A stretch of DNA of 62,837 bases from Macrostomum lignano (Eukaryota). Below the pieces are notes generated by a model. The model was not told the DNA's origin. It made no database searches and saw only the letters and a list, made by a program, of their open reading frames with translations. Made by a program: the position numbers and the translations under genes. The stretch lies in NCBI GenBank assembly GCA_002269645.1, contig NIVC01004048.1:1-62837 (forward strand), given 5' to 3'. Shown here one piece after another: positions 11,275 through 23,500 of the stretch; within the stretch, counting starts at the first letter, position 1, and each line of letters starts with the position of its first letter.

Positions 11275-12419
11275 ACTACTATGGACTCTATTATCCGTTG
11301 ATTTTGGAGGTGGGGTGGGTGTCAACCCTCCTCGCCTCTCATTGGCTGGCGCCCCGATCACTAGGTGATCGATACGCGTATCGATATCACTATCACTATC
11401 GATATCGACCAGCCGCAGGCGCACCCCCCCGACATGCACACCCTCCTGAGCCGCAGGCTCATTAGGGTCATTAGGCCGTGAACCTCCCTTTTGGTTTTCC
11501 CAAAACCGCTGTGCACCTGTGGGCTAGACATTTGCAGCAATATTTACACCTGCGTTTGTATAGTTTTATTAATCTGATATGTTCTTTACGCTTTATACAT
11601 ATGAGTCTGTATTATAAAACTATATATTTACACCTGCTGATATTTGCACGCCTTGTAAACCTGCTTTATACATTAATCCGATATGTATCGAAAGTACACT
11701 TTATAAACCTGCTTTATACATTAATCTGATATGTTCTTTATGCTTTATACACGAAAGTAAGTCTGCATTATACTGTGTGTATTTCCACCTATGTTTTATT
11801 AGCGCTTACTACACTAATATGTACCGCTTTGTATTTTGTCTATTTCACCCACTTTTCTGTCAATATATCGATAATATGCACCTACATTGTGTGTTTTTTG
11901 CTGCCTATATGCTTAATTTTTTATGTCTGTACACCTATATGTTTTGTAATATGCATTATGCGTCATTATTCACACCTACCAAAATGTTTTATCTGCTTTT
12001 TTATGTAATTATACTCAATTTCACCTACTAAAAGTAGTTTTCACGAGCCTAATATCATTGACTACATATCGGGAGAGTGTACACACATATCGGGAGAGTG
12101 TACTGGGAGAGTGCACACACATATCAGGAGAGTGTACATCAGAGTGTACCTTTGGCTCGGGAGAGTGGGGCGCCTGCGGCATGGGCGCCTGCGGCATACA
12201 TATCGGGGTACATATCGGGAGGGTGCGCCTGCGGCATACATATCGGGAGGGTGCGCCTGCGGCTCAGGAGGGTGCACACATCGGGAGGGTGCGCCCGCGG
12301 CTGGTCGGCGCTTGGCGCGTATCGATCACCCAGTGATCAGGGCGCCAGCCAATGAGAGGCGAGGAGGGTTGACACCCACCTCACCTCCAAAATCAACGGA
12401 TAATAGAGTCCATAGTAGT
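11275..12419. mobile_element. Non-autonomous TIR element (1145 bp), ACTACT...AGTAGT termini, 6-bp TSD CATGTG
   Basis: TIRs match for ~105 bp with few mismatches, and with one interruption out to ~185 bp. TSD at 11269-11274 and 12420-12425. AT-rich noncoding interior. Confidence 0.9.
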
Positions 12420-13083
12420 CATGTGGTCCGCTAGAAGATATGGCAGCGCCATGAGCTTCCGACAGAAAGTGCGCATTCCAATGTCATTGAGGTATGCTTG
12501 CCGGAGGCCATTGTTCTGGATATGGCGATATATCGCTTGTGCGTAATGAAAAAGGCACCCCTGCAATCTTGCTGTCGGGAAGAGAGAGCGCAGAGCTTGC
12601 CACACTACTCCCTCGTAGTCCATGATGAATGCTTCAACGGCAGAGACTTCGCCTCAACAATTGCAGCAGCCAGCCTGAAGCACTGCCTCTTGGCTTCTTC
12701 TTTGATCTCGGAGATCATTTTCCGCTTGGCACATTCACGCACTCTGGGCTCACAGCTGTGCTGGCTTCTGCCCATCGAGAGAATGTCCCAGGCGGCTTTT
12801 CAATAAGTGTAGCAGAGCATTTGGCATTTCTTTTAGTGCACCGCCAGTAGCGTGAGCCATGCACAGGACGTGGATTCAAGCCAAAAACATACTCCGATAT
12901 GAACTGCATGAATCACAATATCTTTGCCTTGTTCACTTCCCTTTGGCACAATAGTAAATGCTTCCAGACACTCTGCCTCTACATCAATTTCCTCTATGAT
13001 GGGCTCCGGTGTAGGCAATGAGTCTACCAGAAGTCGAGGTGGCAATGGAGCTGGTGTCAGTGCCAGTGCATTCAGAGCAGTAA

Positions 13084-13226
13084 ATGATGGTGGCTCCCGC
13101 ACTTCTAGCTCTGGTAGTGAGTCCCCTAACAGTTGCGGCTCTTGCACTTCTGGCTCTGGCAGTGAGTCCCCTAACAGTTGCGGCTCTTGCACTTCTGGCT
13201 CTGGCAGTGAGTACTCCAGCAGTTGA
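13084..13226. repeat. 45-bp coding tandem repeat (PEPEVQEPQLLGDSL, ~3 copies) in the MULE N-terminus
   Basis: Visible in both DNA and translation. Confidence 0.8.
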
Positions 13227-16200
13227 GGCTGAGGTGGCAATGGTGCAGTGTAAAGATCCTGCATAAGTATTGGATAGGGTAGGCCTATATCAGTGTATGT
13301 TTAATGTAATATAAATAACATAAAAAATAAATAAAATAAAAATAAAATAAAATAAATAATAAATAAAATAGTAATAGGTTGATGATGCTTTACCCTAGCA
13401 ATAAAATTAAAAAGCAAAACATTCTTCATACCTGCAGTAGGCTACTAGCACTAGCTGCCTCTTCCACTTCAGCAATTGCTAGCTCTATAGCTTGCACTTC
13501 CACTGCAGCCTCTCCAGCCTCTGGCATGACTGCACATGAAGCACATGTGACACAAAGCCACGAAAAATTAGCACTGCTTTCAGCACAAAGATGGCGATAC
13601 TGAGACTGTCACTCCTGAATTGCAGGTCCTATGCTGTCACAGACTACAGTTGTTGCACTGCAGGGCATGTTGTCAAGGTTGTACAACAACAGTGCAATCT
13701 ATATAATAGTCTGCCATTAATCAAATTAAAAAGAACAAAATATGAAGCAATAGGATGCGCTTGTATCCACAATTGGGTCATTTTAGAAAAGGGCAGTCAG
13801 TTATATATATATATATGAATTTATTCATAGTGAATATATATTAATAATTAATTTACAATACCTTTTAACTCTATTTCAATGGCATACTAGTTTTATGAAT
13901 TATGTGGCTATACTTTTTTATACTAAACTGAAGTTGACAAATTTAACCAGGCTTACCTAGAAACATAGTAAACTTGATAACACAGTTCACGATTAAAAAA
14001 GTTGACAAATTTACCTGGATCCAAATGCACTAGATCATATAAAAACAAAAATAAATATTTTTTATTTTGAAATTTTATGTAGTTACTCATACTAATTGAT
14101 TTTTAGCTTAAAAATTTTGCAATATTAAACTGTATGTTTTAAAATAAAATAAAAACTTTTTTAATTCTTTACACTTTACTATTTTTACTTTTACATTAAA
14201 ATTATGTTCAGTTAAAATTGTATTACAGATAAGTGACGAAAGTAAAAATATATGTCAATGTTACCAGTATGTATGAAAGGTTTATAAGCCATGATTTTTT
14301 GTATACTAGAGTATATTCCAAGCCAAGTATAGCATAGCAAATGTACACCAGAGAAATCTGTTATGTAGGCCACCTTCTTGACTATGCCTTAGCTATACTA
14401 TACAAGAAAGTTTGAACATTCCTAAATATAAAATTAGTGATATCTTGATACCCAAGTCTAACATTGCCTAAACCTTAGTAACTGTATATATTTATCTAAC
14501 TATATATGTTTTCTACAATTTAAGACCATTCAAGTCAGTTTAGAAGCAGTATAAGCTGAGATATAGAGCTTTAAAAAATAAAAACATGCACACTTTTTAC
14601 TACTTCCTAACATATGATCCTAACTTTAAAGCTAGAATACTATATGAAAACATGTTTTTATGCAAATATATTCATATTAGGGGGCCCAAAGCTGAATAAA
14701 TAATCTAAAAATGATACCACACTCAACAATTAAAATTATAATTAAAAAGTTATTCATATAAAAATGAAAAATTCTTTTAGTTTTTCAAAAAGGTCATTTC
14801 TGTAGGCCTAATATATTTTGGCCATTAAAAATGTGACAATTTTTTTTTACAATATGTTAATAGGCCTAACTTTTTTATTACTGAACCAAATAACTAAAGT
14901 GAGCATTTTTTATGTTCATAATAACATAGCTTATCTATTTTGTTATGAACAAAACAGAATTTAAAATTTTCAAAATCTTACTGAAGTCTCTACTATTGAA
15001 GTTCAAAAATTTAACTTAATTATCTAAACAATCTTAGAGTCAAGTCTTAAATTGAATAAATTCAGTAACATGAATTGTCTCTAATGGAGAAGTTATAGTT
15101 ACAACTTAAGGGACATATATAATGATCTTCTCTATACTCTAGGAGCTAAAAACAGAAACAGCCAATTGAGAGAGATTGAAAACTAGTATGTGGTCATTTT
15201 GTTTGCTGCCCTTCTGTCTACCAGCAGACAAAATGACTTTTTAATAATAAGCAGCAAAATAGGTTTTATAAATGGCTAGAAGTAATTTATAGTTTATTTG
15301 TAATAATAAGAACTTGCAAATAATTTTTCAGATTAAGAATTATATATAATTGTTGTATTTTTTATTTTGTTTAAATTGCAATGTTTTTAAGAAATACATT
15401 TCTTCTTATATAAGCTTTAAATCTACATAAGAGTGAGATTTATAATTTGCACCATGCATGTAGGCCTAACCAAAAGTCAAGTCTTTCAAGCATTTTTTTA
15501 ATCATATTTTTATAGACAACTGAACTGCATTATTTGCCATCATGTTGTTAGACCTAATATTTAGAAATTGCTCATTTAAGTCATTTTATCACTAAGAAAT
15601 GGTCTTGATATCTTAATCACTGTTATCTTATAATCACTATCTCAAACTAATGACAACTGACATATTTACACTTATAAAACTTTACTAGGCCTATTTGTGG
15701 CAGATGAAATGACTATATCATATTCTTGCAGACAAAAGGGTGGCAGACAAACTGGCAACAGACAAAACAACTGTCAACCTAAAAGCTTCATAGGCCAATT
15801 AGAGCTGTGGACACTTTAAACATGCACCTAAGGCTAAGGCCTAGCCCTAGCCTTATACATGTGTAATACACATTAACACATATGATACAATATTAAAAAT
15901 GAAATAAAAACTAATAGGTCTAGGCCTAATAAGCATATAATCAATAAATTATATGCTTACAGTACAGGAAATTGAAGAATATAAGCCTATATAGACCTAG
16001 TTTTAACTATAGGGCCTAGGCCTAGACTAAGCAGTAGGCACACAAACAAAACTAAAACTTACACTCCAGAAAGTATCATAAATATTGTTGCAAAAAATGT
16101 AGCCCATTGTAGCAAGGTTAGAAGAAAGTAGTCCATAGCTGAATACTGAAACTGATGTCTGATTTAGACTAGGCCTAGTCCAACGAAGATGGACAAACTA

Positions 16201-17628
16201 GAAATTATTCAAATGACCAAATTATTGGATAAACTAGAAAAACTAGTCCTGATAAACTAGTTAGTGTAGTTATCTACGCTAAAAACTCAAGCTACGGCAC
16301 GCCGCACACCTGATCCTTAACTATATATAATAACTATATACAACTGTCGAAAAATATATAGTATGCTAAAATTTATAACTGAAATGGTTAAATAAAGTAG
16401 TATGAATTAGATATGCTCCCAACTAAAATTTAGAAAATCCACGGTATTTATCTTTTAAAATTGAGCACTGGTGAAGCCGAAATTAAAAAGACCGCCAAAA
16501 CGTGACAAAACATTACGAGGATTTACGATTAGGTATAGTAGACGAAGCCTTAAAACTTCATGAGTTCGTCAACCACATGTTTTCTGCATCAGCTCTGACT
16601 TCGTTCGTTACTGGCCTTCAGTGAGATGAAGCTTTTGGACATTCAACAGGTGACTATGGACAAACGCTGTTGCAGGGAACATCAAATTTAGTTCCAAAAT
16701 GGCAGTGATGTATTAGAGCGGTGCTTTCGCTGTCGGATCCCTCGATTGGACCGGCAATTAGTCTCTCTATCTCTCTATGTCTCACTTGACCACAAGGGGT
16801 TACTACGGGATAAATAGGGATCTTATTTCAACTCAAGGCTCCAGCTGGAAGTGCGATTGTACCACGCAGATGCACCAGATGTACGTACACTGTACGAGAG
16901 CTGCGCTTTCGCTTTTAGGTCACTAAGTTGAACTTAAGGCACCTAAAATTCACTTAAAAATTACTGTTGCAATCTGCGTGTAGGTAGTATTTTCTGTCTA
17001 GTGCACAGAAGTAGCTATATCATGCTTTTGCGCAAATTTTACTTGGTTTTATATATAGTTATTTTTATCTCAAGTTTTTTTTGCGTGGCAGTGAATTCAA
17101 TGCATTTTGTACTTTTTTAAAGAAAGACCATTTCTGTGTAAAAGTTCGGTTTAATTCAAAGTTTCATAAACTAAACAACTTGTCCAATAAAACTTATATG
17201 TATTGCGTGTATAGGAGGCAGCAGTGATCGAGTTAGAAAAACCTTATAGAGTATATATTTAAGAGAAAGAAAATCTACAGTGTAGCGCTTTGGGAAAACT
17301 CGACCTGATCTGGCAAAATATTGCTACCTACATGTATCTCGACTGTCCAGTCCAGAAGGCATGGCGACTCGGTTCTTTGTTTGAGATGGTTTGCAACAAA
17401 AAATAACCTGTATTCTCAAAGTTCAGGTGCCTTCGTTGCTCCATATTTTGCGCAGCAGAAGAAATTGCCAGGGGTTGCCAGAAATTGTCGTAAGTGACTA
17501 ATTGTGGTATTCCTACTGTTAATAAAAACCTGCACCCTGTGACGCACGTTATATATATTTGTCTTCATCTCTTCACTCCTGAATTTTGATATTTAGTACA
17601 GGAAAGCAATTAAAAACTTTGAATCATC

Positions 17629-18404
17629 TGTCACGATGTTGATGTTGGCGTAGCGGCTAACTATGGCTAGGACCCTTAAAAGGGCCGTTTTGACAAGCGT
17701 TGCAGTAAGTCGTAGTTCCAAAATAAGTTGAAGTCAACTCTTGCAAAGCGGATTGTGTAGCGGAGCACTTGGCAATAAAGGCAGGAAACTGCCGTAGTTG
17801 TTTTATTGTTAAAATCAATATTAGGCTTGGTTATTACTGTCAATACACAAACTATAGCTTCTGGGCACTGGCGGCTGCAACAATGGTTTTGAATATAATT
17901 GGAGGTGAAGTCAAGTGACAGACGAGTGATGCGATGGCGACGTAACGTAATGAGCAATGGCAATGAGCACAGTGAAGGCGGTGAGACACAGTAGGCAGGA
18001 TTGGCGTCAGCCGTGGCGTGAGATAAGGAGGCTCGAGGCAGCCAGACAGAGAACAAGGCAGACAAGCCTAAGGAGAGAGAGAGAGCAAAACCAGGAATGA
18101 AGGTGGAGACCCCCAGCTCGCCAGGCGAGGGTTAATAAAGGAGCGCAGAGGGGGGGGGTAGCACGAAGCACGAGCGGTTCTCATTGGCTGGCTAAAGAAC
18201 TTAAAATTATCGATCGTGCCAGTTTTCTACGGTCGCATGAAAGGATAGCAAAATGCGCAGTGAGTTAGCGATAAGTACAAATTCATTGGGCACTACTACA
18301 AGTAAACGTTAAAATAAACTATTGGAGAAATTAAAATGAGAAATAGCAAGGGAAACTATAGTCCAACGGCCCCTCTCGGGACCACTTAAACTAGCAACGT
18401 CACA
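17629..18404 (-). mobile_element. Probable solo LTR (776 bp)
   Basis: TG...CA ends with an imperfect terminal inverted repeat (TGTCACGATG / CAACGTCACA). 4-bp TSD CATC at 17625-17628 and 18405-18408. Minus-strand AATAAA near 17803. No internal domain. Confidence 0.55.
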
Positions 18405-19384
18405 CATCGGTCTGATCATCTTATCTTTCATAAGCAGCTTCTATTAAGGATCTAAGGATTAAAAGCACTCCGCCCCAGCTCAACATTCAGACAGCCGATG
18501 AAGAAGCCATTTTTGCAGAGCTACTGCAGCTGCATTATAAATGCATAGATTAGCTACTGACGCGAGATCTGAGTCAAAGTAAATAATGCAACGCTGCATG
18601 CCCAGCTTTGATTCTTGGCACTGTCTTTAATGCTTTTATTGTGATTTTTTTAGCAAAAGCAGTGGCTCAACACTGCAACGATCGGGAATGGAAATGATCA
18701 CACTCAGCTTTGGATTTTTTGCATCTTCTGGCGTCTTTGAAGTGCCACCGGGCTTGAAGCCAGTTCAGTTCTAGAAGCCTCAGAAAAAGATTACTAATTA
18801 ATCTGGAGCCATTCGCTTCCATCCATTTGCATCCATTCTATCTCAAGCAGTACGGCTTCTCTAGTCAAGAGTTTGAGTTCAAACAGCTCGTCTTACTCTT
18901 AGGCAATCATGTTATTAAGTGGGACCAATTTGATCACAGGGCCTTAGCATATTTTTTGTCGCTCGTACGACTTGATGGCTTGATTGGTGGCGGTATAAAT
19001 GAGTCTTTTGCTGAAGGTAAGAGGATAAACTACTTGTATTAGATTATGTACTTTTAAAGAAACTAACTAATACGCTCGCAGATACACTGTTGAGCTGGGA
19101 GGGATGTCATGGGAAAAGCATGACTGCAATCAATGCTAAGCTGCCCAGACTGCACTGCTGAGTTGGAAAAATTGACAGACATGTTAGAAAGATTAACGAT
19201 TGCCGGAAACAACAGACTGCAGAAGTTTCATTGTGTTTACCTTTACTCAAGTCATGGCTTTTATATTTTAGCAAAAGCAGACAAACACTGTGGGACCAAA
19301 CAAGACAATGATATAGGTAGAATTAAATATGTTCACAGTTGAAAAGGACCAAATTAGAAAACTCTGGGATAATTTAAGCGGCTG

Positions 19385-19696
19385 ATAATAATAATAATAA
19401 TAATTGATTACACCTGCCTTAATCAGCAGATGTGCAGCAGAATGAAGGATGCGTACGGGGCTGTTCAGTCCAAGGACTGCATGGGGTGGGGGGGGGGTCG
19501 CCACTCACCCCCAATTACCCCAGTCCCCAGCTATTGCTGGCACCCAGTTTTACAGCTTGGGTGAACTGAAGGGGGAAGCAATGCAGAGTTAAGTGTCTTG
19601 CTCAAGGACACAAATAGTTCCAATAGGATCGGGAATCGAACCCCCGACCTTCAAGTCGTAAGTTCGACGCTTTATCTACTGTAGGCTGTACAACCC
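19385..19696 (-). mobile_element. tRNA-derived CORE-type SINE, copy 2
   Basis: Homologous to 9041-9378, with B box GGTTCGATTCC and a (TTA)n tail. Confidence 0.87.
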
Positions 19697-20518
19697 GTTT
19701 ACAAGCGGATGAGAAAAATAACAAAGTAAGCTTGAAGCCTCACTGCAAAAATTCAATAGCAGCAGCAGACAGGTTACATCCTAGAAATAATGGCAGCTAC
19801 GTCAATAACCATGAAATCTTAACTTTCATTCGAACTTGTAGTCACAGTCCTACAAAGAAAATGTCAAATTTGTTCCTGAAAGGAAACGGCTTATTAAAAG
19901 TTTCTTTATCCCATTCGGCCATTCCACTATTGGACCAGTAATTATCGCAGAGTGTACGACTAATTAAAAATCTCATTTGTCCACGTTATCCCAACCAGGG
20001 CTGAGTGAGATGTAGCTTGATACTGACTGCGTGAGTGAGACGCTAATATATTAGGATCCAGTTGACACTCCATTTTGAGACGTTGACTTTTTTAACGAGC
20101 TGATCCCAATAGTAAAAACTGTATAACGGTATTTAAGATATGCATGCGCACAAAATACCAGGTAGTAGAAATGGTTGCATTGATACGGGTATACAATGTA
20201 ATACACGCTTGTAACATTATGAACATTTATTGTGCTAAGCTGTATTTCATAAGTTAAAGAGAACCGAAATTCATCTGCCTGAAAGCGACCGCATATGTTC
20301 GATTGAAACTATACAGGCTGAACAATGTCATTTTATTACTATAAAGGAACGCCACATCTGTAGACAGGGTTTCCTGCCTAGCAAAGACGCCATCGTTTAG
20401 AAAAGGACGTCGGTTTTTACATGTAGTTGATAATAACGTCACATGTTAGATAAAAACGCTTACTGTCAAATATTGTAGTTGAAACCAAATGTTAACCAAT
20501 GGTGCCATCCGATAGATC

Positions 20519-23500
20519 TCACCTATCACCGTTTCCTTTGATACAACGTGAGTTCAGCGGCATCGATTCTTTCACGTCTTCGTCGGCTTCGTCGGGGTGT
20601 CGCTGTGCATCGAACTGATCAGCGGTCTGCATCGTCTGCAGAGCCATGGAGCTGCCATCGTTGCGGCCCCGCCGGGAGCCACCAGCGGAGCAGCACAGCA
20701 GCTTCTGCAGCCGGTTGCCCAGCGGCGTGACTCTGAAGGCGCTCCGGAATTCGCTGTTGATGGCGAAGTAGGCCAGTGCGGAGGCCGCCATGCCGCTCTT
20801 GGCCATCAGCAGCGCTAGGGTGGACAGCACCCGGTACAGTCGGCCTTCGAGATGCAACAAACCGGCGAAGCTGCTGACTGCCATAGCAGAATAGGGCGTC
20901 CAGCACAGTAAGAAGGCGCCTGGAGTGATGTAGGGATTGGCGAATACTGGAGTTGGTGCAGTGCGACTTCTTGAGGTGCTGGATGAATCCTTGTACATAT
21001 GCATTAAAGTTTCCGAGATCGGAAATGGCCAACCCCCAACGGAGAGCCCAGTGGTCAAGACTTAGCATTGCTCATTTTCTTAAACTTAAGGTGCAGTCAG
21101 TCAGCGCTCTCGGCTAACTTTGAAATCTACTCCAACGCCCGTCGCCGAGAGGCTTTCGAGCTTTTCCAATTGCTTTTCCAGGCGCAATAAGTGCAGGGAT
21201 CTGCAGTTTTTGCACCTGCTGAACTTTGCCCTGACTCTGATTGACTTCTATTCGGACCAGACTCTCTCATCTTCGACCGCACACGCCTCCTGAGCGGCGG
21301 AAACCTTACGTTCTGAGGAGCGGCCCGTCGGCCGTCCAGGGGCCGGCGGAATGGGTGCTGGCCCCTTCCAGCTGCGTCTTTTGGCATGGACTCTCACCTG
21401 GGCCGTCTCTCAGAGCGCCCTGCAGAAGGCCAAACAGAGCCCCAGCTTAGAGTGTCTGCATGAGTGTCTCTTCCAATAGCGTCTTCCGGAGCGCATCGCA
21501 GAAGCCTCAGAGTCACCCCCTCAGCCTCAGCTATCCCTCTCGTGACACCGCCCTAAAATATACTCGTAGAAAAGTAAAACCCGATTTCGCCCAGACAGCG
21601 TACTAAAATTAGCAAACATTTTTTCTCTACAGCTGGCTTCACGGCTCTCACGAAGAAACTCGCAGCGCGATCGAAGCAAGCACGCCACGGAAACCATAAG
21701 ACGGCGTTGCTTTATAACTCGCCTGCACTTGAAAACACGTTATAAATGCAAACCTTTTTTTGTACGCCTTATTTTGCCAGCCATATTGATCGATTGAAGC
21801 TCGAAAGCTATACAAGCGTTCCGTTGTTCATGCCACGACAGAGCTTGGAATTCGACCCATGAGAGATGGTGTGGAAGAGAGAACGATAATTTAAGGAACA
21901 CCACTGCACTAGGCTATAGACGGGGTTGTGAGGCATAAATTCCGCCAAGTTTAGCATCAACTAAAGCGAAAGGTTTTACTTTAGGCAAAAACCAGGACGT
22001 GGCGTCCCATGCGGCCACACAATCCATGGGGATCGATATGTCTACCCAACCGATGCAATGCTCGGCATCGACAACTTAAGAATCTGAATGCTACAAACAA
22101 TCTCTTAGACTGTTTTAGCTCTCCTAGAGAGCCAAAATGTAATTTTAGAATCAAGTCTACTTCGTGCACAGACTCTGTATGCAATTCTTAACTTATCAAG
22201 AAGCAACTTGGTTTTAATAGGGGATACAACATCTTTTAAGACCATCATCGTTTGCAGCTTTGGTGCAATCCTGAAGCGAGACTAAGGCATATGGCGCATA
22301 GGCCTCTCGAAGCCATGATTTCAAATTCAAATTGTTCAATAGAATTGAGCACAAAGATACGTCGCAAACATAACGTCTTTCTCTTCTTTCACAACAATAG
22401 CGGCGTCTTCCAGTCTTTAAAAAGTTCCAGCCCATCCTCCTGGCAGCACTATCCTGCCCAGTTTGAGGAGCATTGCTGCCCCCCCCCCAGTCAAATACAA
22501 GTTGCAGCAAGTCAAGCAAAACGTAGCCACCTGCAGTAATTTCACTTATAATAATTACAGGCATTAACTGCCGTGGATGCGCGCTCAGTGTCTTGCCAAT
22601 GTCATCGACACGGCGCTTTGCGTTTTTATAAGTTCGCTCGGGCAGAGCGCGAAGTAGGATTCAAGAGCGCTCATCTGTTGTTCATCTGCCTGGAATACCA
22701 AGCATTGTAATAACTGCTCCAAGCCTAGTCTCCGTGTCCGTATCCGACATTACACGAGCTAGCTCGTATTTTACGGCATCGTTTTAGCTGACTGTTTCAG
22801 TCAGGTATGTCCGCTATGAAGAAACAATGGAAAAGGCAGGCGCTACATTAGATGGCGAACTAACGGTATTTTAGGTGCTGTTGGGTGCTGTTGGTGTTGT
22901 TGGGTGCTGTTGGGTGCTGTTGGTGTTGTTGGGTGCTGTTGGTGTTGTTGGGTGCTGTTGGGTGTTGTTGGGTGCTGTTGGGAGCTGTTGGTGTTGTTGG
23001 GTGCTGTTGGGTGCTGTTGGTGTTGTTGGGTGCTGTTGGGTGCTGTTGGGTGCTGTTGGTGTTGTTGGGTGCTGTTGGTGTTGTTGGGTGCTGTTGGGTG
23101 TTGTTGGGTGCTGTTGGGTGCTGTTGGTGTTGTTGGGTGCTGTTGGGTGCTGTTGGTGTTGTTGGGTGCTGTTGAGTGCTGTTGGGTGCTGTTGGGTGCT
23201 GTTGGGTGCTGTTGGGTGCTGTTGGGTGCTGTTGGGTGCTGTTGGTTCTGTTGAGTGATGTGGTGCTTTTGGGTGCTGTTATGTGCTGTTGGGTGCTGTT
23301 GGGTGTTGTTGGGTGCTGTTGGTGTTGTTGGGTGCTGTTGTTGGGTGTTGTTGGGTGCTGTTGGGTGCTGTTGGGTGCTGTTGGGTGCTGTTGGTGTTGT
23401 TGGTTTTGTTGGGTGCTGTTGGGTGCTGTTGGTGTTGTTGGGTGCTGTTGGGTGCTGTTGGGGCTGTTGGGTGCTGTTGGGGCTGTTGGGTGCTGTTGGG

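Larger units (their letters stand above)
10828..13527 (-). mobile_element. Decayed Mutator/MULE transposase gene with a FLYWCH zinc finger (frameshifts, internal deletion, nested insertion)
   Basis: Spliced N-terminus (exon 13527-13432 joined to 13258, phase 0). FLYWCH-like RYWRCTKRNAKCSATL. MULE core MDYE..VWQALRSLFPTARLQGCLFHYAQAIYR..Q.NGL..AY. Downstream NDKVEGWHNRL. The frame DHM-EAG is restored when 11275-12425 is removed. Element ends not found. Confidence 0.85.

Noticed and set aside
16440-16530. Hydrophobic peptide MFCHVLAVFLISASPV as SWEET exon 1
   Set aside because: No phase-2 donor, and an in-frame stop follows.
21100-22800. Possible retroelement or transposon remnants in opsin intron 3
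   Set aside because: No diagnostic motif, termini or TSD that I could identify.
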